A stretch of DNA of 22,420 nt, taken from Pedosphaera sp. (GTDB lineage Bacteria; Verrucomicrobiota; Verrucomicrobiia; Limisphaerales; SIBH01). The translations under genes were made by a program, and so were the position numbers. This document shows, piece by piece, positions 6,556 to 14,323 of this stretch. The stretch is from assembly GCA_031414955.1 (NCBI GenBank), contig JANOQV010000280.1, forward strand, positions 1 to 22,420, given 5' to 3'. Below the pieces are notes generated by a model. The model was not told the origin of the DNA, did not search any database, and saw only the letters and a program-made list of their open reading frames with translations. Each line of letters opens with the position of its first letter. Positions within the stretch are counted from its first letter, which is position 1.

Positions 6556-8388
6556 TTATGGAATAATTTCGAGATGGAAGGCCGGATCTTTGACCGGCGG
6601 TTTGCAGGTGGGGACATTCTGAGGTCCATAGAAGGCCAAGATGGAACCGCTTTCCACGCCGTCCAAAGCCGCACACATGAAGCGTCTTTTCGCCGAAGAG
6701 GTGAAGCGGCTGATGACAGGCCCGATGTCGATGACGTTGAGCACAGCAGGATCGTAGGCATGATGCGAGACGTTCAACGGGCCGATCTCAATAATTTTGT
6801 CTGTCATAGCGGTGATGATTTCCTCGGAGTGGTCTCGGATCCATGCCTTGGTGTGTTTCGCGGCATTTGCCCTGTAAACGTCAACCACCATCTGGCCGTA
6901 GGTTCCATATTTGGCACTACTGCCGTTGATCAGGTTCTCGAACATGACGCGCGCCTGATCTGCGGCGCTGCGATAGGTGCTGGTAATGACGCCATTGGGG
7001 TGGCCCGCTTGGCGAAGCAAGCTTTTGATTATCCGCTGACTCTTTGTGCTGACGTGGCTTTCGTCCCGGTCGGGATTCTCATAGGTGATCTGAACATCCG
7101 CCACGAATGCTTCGTTGTTCAGTTCCTGAGTCTCAAGCACCAGGTGTTCTGGATCAATAATGGCGACGAGGTGTGTGGCATCCGCGGGCGGGTTAACCAA
7201 AGCGGCACCCTCAACATTAACAGTTTTAGTTACCGAAGTCCTCGCCGTCCGCGGCGGGATGTTGGTCGAATAGATCAGGTTGCCGATGATGTTTGCCGAC
7301 GAATCGCCGTTCGCCCAAAAAAGCACGAGTGATGCGGAGTGATCGATGGGGCCGCTATAAGAATAAGTCACCTTGAGTCCTCCCCGCGCGGTGTTCCATC
7401 GAACGCTCTTGACCGCAAGGTCCATCCGTGGCGCCGTCGTGAAATTGGCGGTGTAGGTCGCGCCACTGGTCGGGGCGACCGTATGCGAGATTGCGCCGCC
7501 GTCGCTCCAACTGGTCCAGACGTACCAAACGCCCGAGCCTCCGCTCTGCGGAGAAGTCGTGGCAATCGTGTGGCTCGAACCCGAAACCCAACCGAAACCT
7601 TGGGCACTTGTGTATGTCGTGCCATCAACAGTAAAAGAGCGACCTGATAGGCTCGGCTGCACCGCCACTGGAATGTTCACCGGGTTCACCGTGAGCGTTG
7701 CCGAAGCACTGGTCGCATTTGGATTGATGCCATTGCTGACTACAGTACGGAAACGATACCCACTCATCCCGGTGCTCGTGTTCTTTACCGTCAAAATCGC
7801 CGTGGTGACGCCCGAATGAAATATACCGTTGCTCAGATTGCTCCAGTTTGCTCCGCCATCCGTAGAGCGCTGCCACTGATAACTCGGCGCTGGGTTGCCG
7901 CTGGCCACCACCGTGAAGACTGCATTCTGGCTTGCCGTCACCGTCCGATTCAAGGGGTGCGTTGTAATTGTCGGGGGTGATTCCTTAGTTACAGCGAATG
8001 ACCCAGACCTTACATTTCCGGAGCAACCACCCCACTTTACATAGGTGCCAGTGATAGACTCATTCGAGGCTGCAGTAATCGAATGAGTAAAATAGATGGG
8101 GCAGCCTCCATTATTGCCAGTCAATGTCAGAGTTACAGTAGGGCCGTTTACCGTGCCGGAAACGAGCACAGCTGTTACAGGCCAGACGGGTTCATAGAAA
8201 GTGGAACCGTAACCGGAGATGCTACCCCCAGTCTGAGTTAGTACCAGGCTCATCGGTCCGCCAATTCCATTCGCATCTGTCGCCGTTCCAGAGAACGTCC
8301 CGGTGAGGTTTAGTTGCGCTAGGGCAGGGTGGGAAGAAAGCAGCGTGGTGCAAATGATGACGACCAGCGTGAAGGGAAATGTTTTCAT
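6556..8388 (-). CDS. Secreted multidomain protein: Ig-like, B-repeat-like and CARDB-like domains plus C-terminal peptidase M15-like domain
   Basis: Signal peptide MKTFPFTLVVIICTTLLSSHPALA; Ig motif PPTITTHP...FTVVASGNPAPSYQWQRS; CARDB-like IIDPEHLVLETQELNN; ITSTYRSAADQARVM...SHHAYDPAVLNVIDI...FHLEI resembles M15/LAS zinc motifs. Confidence 0.8.
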   Translation of the reverse strand: MKTFPFTLVVIICTTLLSSHPALAQLNLTGTFSGTATDANGIGGPMSLVLTQTGGSISGYGSTFYEPVWPVTAVLVSGTVNGPTVTLTLTGNNGGCPIYFTHSITAASNESITGTYVKWGGCSGNVRSGSFAVTKESPPTITTHPLNRTVTASQNAVFTVVASGNPAPSYQWQRSTDGGANWSNLSNGIFHSGVTTAILTVKNTSTGMSGYRFRTVVSNGINPNATSASATLTVNPVNIPVAVQPSLSGRSFTVDGTTYTSAQGFGWVSGSSHTIATTSPQSGGSGVWYVWTSWSDGGAISHTVAPTSGATYTANFTTAPRMDLAVKSVRWNTARGGLKVTYSYSGPIDHSASLVLFWANGDSSANIIGNLIYSTNIPPRTARTSVTKTVNVEGAALVNPPADATHLVAIIDPEHLVLETQELNNEAFVADVQITYENPDRDESHVSTKSQRIIKSLLRQAGHPNGVITSTYRSAADQARVMFENLINGSSAKYGTYGQMVVDVYRANAAKHTKAWIRDHSEEIITAMTDKIIEIGPLNVSHHAYDPAVLNVIDIGPVISRFTSSAKRRFMCAALDGVESGSILAFYGPQNVPTCKPPVKDPAFHLEIIP

Positions 8389-8402
8389 AAATTTAATTTG
8401 CC

Positions 8403-8430
8403 GTAGCGGCGTCTCGTGAGAACGCCGCTA
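8403..8430. repeat. GTAG-type REP-like palindrome
   Basis: GTAGCGGCGTCTCGTGAGAACGCCGCTA (TAGCGGCGT...ACGCCGCTA). Confidence 0.55.
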
Positions 8431-8624
8431 ATTTTCTATAATCACCCGCGCATCTCGCGAGATGCAGCCATGGAGATGCAGCCATGTTTTCTTACAGCGC
8501 CACGATTTCCACAATTACCCAAAGCTTGCTCACCAAATCGAAGCGAGGCCAGTTGCGACTTTCCCCAGCTCTTCCGGGACTCCTATGCGGACGCCGTGGT
8601 TTCCATTCCATGAATATTCCCACG

Positions 8625-9137
8625 CTAATGTCCGACGGACCAGTGTTTGCTTTCCGTGTACTCGGCAGCGACGCGCTTGGCGATGTACTGGCCTACCTTT
8701 CCCGGCAGCTCAGCGAACAGTTCGCTCGCTTCCCGAATTTCCAATCGAAAAAGCTGTATGCCTTCCGGAGAGACAAGAGTCGCCACATAGCGGGCGCGGA
8801 ACAATTGCTTGGTCTCGGCACTGGCGAATCCCACATCCAACTTGCCTTCCGCCTGGATACCGACCAAGTCGATCGTGAGCTTCGCATGTTCGTTTTTACC
8901 CAACGCAGTCGATTCGTGCCTGACTCCACGGGAATCCAATCCATCGGTGACTTGTTTGAGCACCTGTTTCGAGAAGTTCTTGGACACATCTGGCCCTATG
9001 CCGGATACCAGAACATCCCCATCGGTTAGAGAAATAAGGACTGCCGTGTCTCTCTGCAACCGAGGCGGTTGAGTGACGCAGCCGGTGAGGAAGAGATGCA
9101 GAGCGCAAGCGAGTGCGAGGGAAAACATGCGTTTCAT
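8625..9137 (-). CDS. Hypothetical lipoprotein
   Basis: MKRMFSLALACALHLFLTGC lipobox; 170-aa ORF co-oriented with its neighbours. Confidence 0.75.
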   Translation of the reverse strand: MKRMFSLALACALHLFLTGCVTQPPRLQRDTAVLISLTDGDVLVSGIGPDVSKNFSKQVLKQVTDGLDSRGVRHESTALGKNEHAKLTIDLVGIQAEGKLDVGFASAETKQLFRARYVATLVSPEGIQLFRLEIREASELFAELPGKVGQYIAKRVAAEYTESKHWSVGH

Positions 9138-9181
9138 AGGTGAATTGATTTATTCGGTTTCCGTTAATCAGGCTGCGGCCA

Positions 9182-9457
9182 TTACTTGATCAGTGAACGG
9201 CCAGAAGCGTCCTTAGAAATAGATCCAACCAAGATCATGATGCCTTCAATAACACACCAAATAATGTTTCCAATCACTATTGGTATCCCGATACCGATGA
9301 GCGAAAGAACGAGGCCAGCGCCTAACAGGATGACGTGGGAAATACCCAGCTTCATGTAACCCAAATAAAACCGATGAATTCCGAGAGCGCCTGTGGGCGG
9401 GAATATCCCTAATAGGCCCGCCAAGACTTTTGATTTTCCCTGCGTTACTTCAGACAT
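9182..9457 (-). CDS. TM2-domain (NINE) membrane protein
   Basis: From ATG 9457: MSEVTQGKSKVLAGLLGIF...GALGIHRFYLGY...WCVIEGIMIL...KDASGR, a TM2 signature. Confidence 0.9.
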   Translation of the reverse strand: MSEVTQGKSKVLAGLLGIFPPTGALGIHRFYLGYMKLGISHVILLGAGLVLSLIGIGIPIVIGNIIWCVIEGIMILVGSISKDASGRSLIK

Positions 9458-9528
9458 ATGTTTTTCTTTCTGTTGTTTTTGTTGATGTTGACGTGGAACT
9501 GCCGGCTGTCGCCTAACTTGTGAATCTC

Positions 9529-11016
9529 CTACTCCGCGAGTTCCATGACCCACATGTCCCATTTCAGTCCGCGATTAGACCGGAAAAAGATCGTCTTCCC
9601 ATCTGGAGTGATGACCGGATGGTCGTCGTGAGAGCCGTTGGTGGTCAGTTGTTTTGGGTTCGAGCCGTCGGCATTCATGATCCAGATGTCATAGTTGTGT
9701 ACGCCGTTCGCGACGCCCCGATCACTGGCAAAGACAATTTTGGTGCCATCGGGTGACCAAGCGGGATCAATGTCGTTCGCATCCGAGCCGGTCGTTAGCT
9801 GAGTCGGCTGGGAACCATCCGGCAGCATCGTCCATATCTTTAGCTTTTTGATGCTTCGATCCATAACGCAATAAAGGATGGTCTTGCCGTCCGGCGACCA
9901 ATGAGGACCCTGGCCTTCCCGAATCTGCAATGGCAAGCCAGTGGGCAGTCCGTTTGGCAACAGGGCGAGACTCCACAATTGCGGGACGGTCGTGCCTTCT
10001 GTGTAGGCGGTCCACATCAGCGTCTCGCTGTTCGGGGCCGCACTTGGAAAACGGTCGATGGTCGTTCCTGGAGTGACCAGCCCAAGCCCGCCCTTCCCGT
10101 TGGAAGGCATACGGAAGATGCTGTTCTTTCCGGAGCGATTCGCCGCGAAATAGACATATTTCCCATCAGGCGAGTAGCAGGGGCTATCATCAATGTAATC
10201 TCCATCGGTATTTCGCAGCAGGCTGCCACCGGCACCGACATCAATGGACCACAAGCTGGAATAACGCATCAATTTGCCGTCTGGAGCGGTTACTCGTTCG
10301 AAAACATTCATCATAAGCCGCTTGCCGTCTGGCGAAAGTGAGCCGCCGCCGACCACGCGGGTCACTGGGAAATCAGTTAATCGGCGGACAGCCCGAACCG
10401 ATGGGGAACGCTCAATAACGTCTCGATCCGCGAAAACTGTCCTGGTTTGCACAACCATTCGATTGTCCACGATTACGGCTTCTGGGAGATCGAAGCCGGG
10501 GATTTTTCCGCCTAAGTCCACCTCGACCGTCTTGGATGAAGAAGGTGTCAGTGTCACACTTTTGGATTCGTACGCATAGAGACTCAGTTGATAAGTCTGA
10601 GCATCATTCGTAACTGAAATGACAACAGGAGTCTGCCCAATCATCGCTCCAGATGGTGTGAAGACATCAGCCTTGCTCGGGACACTGGTCAGCGTGATTT
10701 TTGGGATGATTTTTTCGAGCGTGACCAATACTTCGCGCGGACCGTTTTTTGAGACCGTTACCGATTGTGGCACATACCCTTCTTTCCTGAGTTCGCCATC
10801 CCATGTATCAGCGAGAAATCTGAACGAGACGGTATGCGGCGTTTTTTGGCCCAAGGAACTTCCCTTGCGATAAACATCTGCGTGGTCAGGATCGCTTTTA
10901 ATAACCACAGGCACAGGTGGAGGCGGAGGAGGTTGATTGGTCACACAGCCGGTCAGCGCGGCTCCGGCCACTGCGGCGAAAGGAATCGCCTTAATCATCT
11001 TCAGGTATAGCTTCAT
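9529..11016 (-). CDS. Lipoprotein with two PEGA-like domains and a TolB-like PD40 beta-propeller
   Basis: AALTGC lipobox; IKSDPDHADVY..G..LGQKTP and LTSVPSKADVF...IGQTP (PEGA-like); repeated P.WSPDG..I.F.S.R motifs. Start ATG 11016 or 10998. Confidence 0.88.
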   Translation of the reverse strand: MKLYLKMIKAIPFAAVAGAALTGCVTNQPPPPPPVPVVIKSDPDHADVYRKGSSLGQKTPHTVSFRFLADTWDGELRKEGYVPQSVTVSKNGPREVLVTLEKIIPKITLTSVPSKADVFTPSGAMIGQTPVVISVTNDAQTYQLSLYAYESKSVTLTPSSSKTVEVDLGGKIPGFDLPEAVIVDNRMVVQTRTVFADRDVIERSPSVRAVRRLTDFPVTRVVGGGSLSPDGKRLMMNVFERVTAPDGKLMRYSSLWSIDVGAGGSLLRNTDGDYIDDSPCYSPDGKYVYFAANRSGKNSIFRMPSNGKGGLGLVTPGTTIDRFPSAAPNSETLMWTAYTEGTTVPQLWSLALLPNGLPTGLPLQIREGQGPHWSPDGKTILYCVMDRSIKKLKIWTMLPDGSQPTQLTTGSDANDIDPAWSPDGTKIVFASDRGVANGVHNYDIWIMNADGSNPKQLTTNGSHDDHPVITPDGKTIFFRSNRGLKWDMWVMELAE

Positions 11017-11060
11017 AGTCTTTTGGTTCCTCGTTTTTGAACTTTGGAAATATCTCGGTC

Positions 11061-11909
11061 TCACCCGCCCACCGTCACGCTCACCGCGTTGCTCCACAAT
11101 CCCACCTGCCCATCGTCCTTGATGTAAATGGCGCGATAGGTCCAGCGGGTCAGGGCGGCGGCCGGCGCGGCGGTGTCCTTGTAGTCAGGCGTGGTGTCGT
11201 GGACGAGCAGGCGATAGCCCTGGCCGTCGCCGCGATCCACCTGGATGAGCAGCGCATCGAGGAAGGCGGCGAAGCCAGACCAGTTCCAATCGATCTCCAC
11301 GCCCGAGGCGGTGGCGCGGGCTTTGATCGCGGGTTGCAGGGTGGCGAAGTCCGGCGCGGCGGCCTCGGAGCCGATGATGCCGAGGTCGGTGGCGATGGCT
11401 TCCGTGGCCTGGCCGGTGTCCTTGATGGTTTGGATGAGGGCAAAAACGCGGTCGAGCGCGCCGGGGGCGACCGCCGCCACGCCGGCCGGGAGGGCGGGCG
11501 CGGTGAATACGGGCAACGTCATGGCCACGGCACCCGGGCCGGTTTGGGCGGCGGTGGCGGCGTCCGTGCAGGCCATGGCCCAGGCGCGGGAGGCCGGGAG
11601 CCAGGACTGGAGCACGTAGATGAGCCAGCCGCAATCGGCGGTGGCGGTGGCCAGTTGCCCGGCGCTGAGGCCGAGCGTCGCGGAATATCCGCCGAGTTTG
11701 TTGCAGAAATTGGTCAGCCAGACGATCTGGTCGGATTGGCGGATGGGGAAGTAACTATTGCGTCGCATACGTTTGGTTTTTTTGAGGGTTGGATTTTCGG
11801 GCGGGGGAACATAGCCGGGGTCGCCGGGTTCGAGGAGGTAAGAGGGGTCGCCCCAGCGGAGGTTCGGGTCGTCGAATCTCAGGCCGGAGTCCCAATAGGC
11901 GGTTCTCAT
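11061..11909 (-). CDS. Hypothetical protein: helical N region plus fibronectin-III-like C-terminal domain
   Basis: Strong GC3 bias; YFPIRQSDQIVWLTNFCNKL; C terminus VEIDW...WTYRAIYIKDDGQVGLWSNAVSVTV is FN3-like. Alternative start ATG 11768 (MRRNSYFP). Confidence 0.8.
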   Translation of the reverse strand: MRTAYWDSGLRFDDPNLRWGDPSYLLEPGDPGYVPPPENPTLKKTKRMRRNSYFPIRQSDQIVWLTNFCNKLGGYSATLGLSAGQLATATADCGWLIYVLQSWLPASRAWAMACTDAATAAQTGPGAVAMTLPVFTAPALPAGVAAVAPGALDRVFALIQTIKDTGQATEAIATDLGIIGSEAAAPDFATLQPAIKARATASGVEIDWNWSGFAAFLDALLIQVDRGDGQGYRLLVHDTTPDYKDTAAPAAALTRWTYRAIYIKDDGQVGLWSNAVSVTVGG

Positions 11910-11964
11910 GGGTGGTCGAAGGAGTAGGAGGGTGAATTCGGGGATAATCCGTGGTCAAACGGCG

Positions 11965-12258
11965 GTTTTTCGGCGCAAGTGCCTGATATTTTGCGGTTGG
12001 GGGCGTTTCACCAGCGGGAAGTGGCGTATTTTCCACGGCGGGTGGCGCATCACCAGCGGTTGGTGATGTTCTTTTTGCCGCTGGTGACGTTCTTTTTGCC
12101 GTTGGTGGCGTGTTTTCCGGGGCTGGTGAGGCGCCACCCGCGGCGGGTGCAGCATTTTTTACGAAAAGTGAGGCGTCACCAATGGCTGGTGTGGCATCAC
12201 TTTTGGTTCCTGGGACGCCACCAGCGGGAAAAAATGCGTCACCAACCGCAAGTGCGAA
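11965..12258. repeat. Array of about 14 degenerate, individually palindromic 21-bp repeats
   Basis: GTG recurs at 11979, 12021, 12042, 12063, 12084, 12105, 12126, 12147, 12168, 12189 and 12252 (all multiples of 21 apart); consensus about RTCACCAGCGGYTGGTGRCGY. Confidence 0.85.
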
Positions 12259-12304
12259 CGCCCCGCCGACGGGAAAACCTGGAGAAGGGAGACCGCCGCT
12301 TATG

Positions 12305-12374
12305 GCGCTGTTGCGCTGTTGCGCTGTTGCGCTGTTGCGCTGTTGCGCTGTTGCGCTGTTGCGCTGTTGCGCTG
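12305..12374. repeat. Perfect 8-bp microsatellite (GCGCTGTT)x8.75
   Basis: Read directly from the sequence. Confidence 0.97.
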
Positions 12375-12584
12375 GGCGGGCTGAGTTGGACTGGGAATCC
12401 GCTCATAGGCTTGGCCGCGCACTTCAAAGGTATGTTGCTCCAGAGTCAAGATATTTTCCCCTCGCAGTCAGCCGCGCCCGATGCAACCGGACACCCAGCG
12501 CATCCGGCGATGAGGCGCGGCTTGCGGACGCGGCGTGGAAACGACATGCTGCGCGCGTGAACACGGAAAAATCTTTCCAGCCCC

Positions 12585-13769
12585 ATGCCGGCCACCTGCG
12601 CTGAACTGGAAGCCCGCGAGCGGCAGTTTCTCGCCCCCTGCGCCCAATTCAGCGAGGACTCGCGCGGGCGGAAATTCCCCGAAGACGCTCCCGACTGGCG
12701 CACGCAATTCCAGCGGGATCGCGACCGGGTGATTCATTCGCGCGCCTTCCGCCGCCTGGAATACAAGACGCAAGTCTTCCTCAACGGCACCGGGGATCAT
12801 TTGCGGACACGCTTGACCCACACCATGGAGGTGGCGGGTATTTCGCGGAACATCGCCCGCGCCCTGCGGCTCAATGAGGATCTCACCGAGACGATTGCGC
12901 TGGCGCACGACCTCGGGCATCCGCCCTTCGGGCACAGCGGCGAGCAGGCGCTCAATCGTTTGATGAAGGGGCACGGCGGTTTCGAACACAACCGCCAGAG
13001 CTTGAAGATCGTCGAGGAACTCGAGCAGAAGTATCCCGGCTTCCCGGGCTTGAACCTGACCTGGGAGGTGCGCGAGGGGTTGATGAAACATGGCTTGCGT
13101 CCGGCCTTTCGACCGGTGGGACGGAAGTTGAAACTTGGACTGCAGCGTTCGCTCGAAGCGCAGGTCGCGAACCTGGCGGACGAAATTGCTTACTACAGCC
13201 ATGACTTGGACGACGGCCTCGAGGCGGGCTTATTGTCCGAGCAGGCACTCCGGAGGGATGTGGCCATCTGGGCCCGCGCCGCCCGGCAAATTCAGAAGCA
13301 ACATGGGCGGCTGCCCGATGAATGCCGTCGCTACTTCATCATTCGTTGCCTGATTGACTCACAGGTGAAAGACGTCGTGGAGACCACCGGGCAGCACATC
13401 GCTGACTCCGGCGTGGCGAGCGCGGACGCGGTGCGCAGTCACCCCAAACTGCTCGTCCAGTACAGCCCGGAGCGCCGGAGCCTGAACCTTGAACTGCGCA
13501 AATATCTTTATCAGAACCTCTACTACAGTCCGCAGGTCAACCAGCCCAACCGGCAAGCGGTGCGGATGCTCGAAGGTTTGTTTCATTACTACCTGAAGCA
13601 CCCGTCGGAAATCGGAGAGCTGTCCCGCCAGCGGGCCCGCAAGCTGGGGTGCCACCAGGCCGTGTGCGATTACCTCGCCGGCATGACAGATCGTTACGCC
13701 CTCTCCATTCATCAGCGCCTGTTCGGGCCGGGCCCTAGTCGGCCCATTCCCTCACCGGAGACGGACTAG
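12585..13769 (+). CDS. dgt: Deoxyguanosinetriphosphate triphosphohydrolase (HD family)
   Basis: FQRDRDRVIHSRAFRRLEYKTQVF, RTRLTHTMEV, AHDLGHPPFGHSGE, FEHNRQS, ADEIAYYSHDLDDG, DYLAGMTDRYA. Confidence 0.95.
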   Translation: MPATCAELEARERQFLAPCAQFSEDSRGRKFPEDAPDWRTQFQRDRDRVIHSRAFRRLEYKTQVFLNGTGDHLRTRLTHTMEVAGISRNIARALRLNEDLTETIALAHDLGHPPFGHSGEQALNRLMKGHGGFEHNRQSLKIVEELEQKYPGFPGLNLTWEVREGLMKHGLRPAFRPVGRKLKLGLQRSLEAQVANLADEIAYYSHDLDDGLEAGLLSEQALRRDVAIWARAARQIQKQHGRLPDECRRYFIIRCLIDSQVKDVVETTGQHIADSGVASADAVRSHPKLLVQYSPERRSLNLELRKYLYQNLYYSPQVNQPNRQAVRMLEGLFHYYLKHPSEIGELSRQRARKLGCHQAVCDYLAGMTDRYALSIHQRLFGPGPSRPIPSPETD

Positions 13770-14323
13770 CCAGTTTTTAACTCCGCCGGCCACGCCGATG
13801 ATTCGGGACGCCGTAATGAAACCACATTCCGAGGCAGGAAGGGCAGGCTGGCCGCGGGCGCACTGCATCCCTCATCGGCGCGCGGGTTTCAACCCTCAGC
13901 CTGTAGCTCACGACGAGGATCGAAATAGTTCCTGCGACTTCCGGCCCCGGAGTTGAAGCAGCGGAACGGCCGGAATCCTGTCCTGAGGACGGGAGTGCTC
14001 ATACTTACGACCCACCTCCGGCGGGAACTCCAAGTCGCACCCGGCCTGACGCTCCTGGGGCTGGGCGATATGATTGGGAACGCCACGCCGTGTGTCCGCT
14101 CACTCCAGAATTGGGACAGCCGAGAAACAAACCTCTGGCAGGAACCGATTTGCGCGGCCCCTCAACCGTCGCAAAAGTGAGCAGCGTCTCAACGCCCACC
14201 ACCACAGGGGTTCCATAAGCTCACAACTCAAGACTCACTTGCGGAATTCAGCTTCCAGAAGCCGACCGGAAGCGTGGCACAAAACCTGTTAATGGGAGTT
14301 CAGACTATGACTGTCCCAAGGTG

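Noticed and set aside
11965..12258. CRISPR array
   Set aside because: Contiguous degenerate 21-mers with no conserved-repeat/unique-spacer alternation and no cas genes.
11979..12604. Plus-strand ORFs of 193 aa and 164 aa across the repeats
   Set aside because: Low-complexity translations of the 21-bp array and octamer repeat (LLRCCAVA) with no protein-like features.
12585..13769. dGTPase as an antiphage defence gene belonging to the island
   Set aside because: Backbone-like composition and a typical housekeeping Dgt sequence; nothing links it to the accessory block beyond adjacency.
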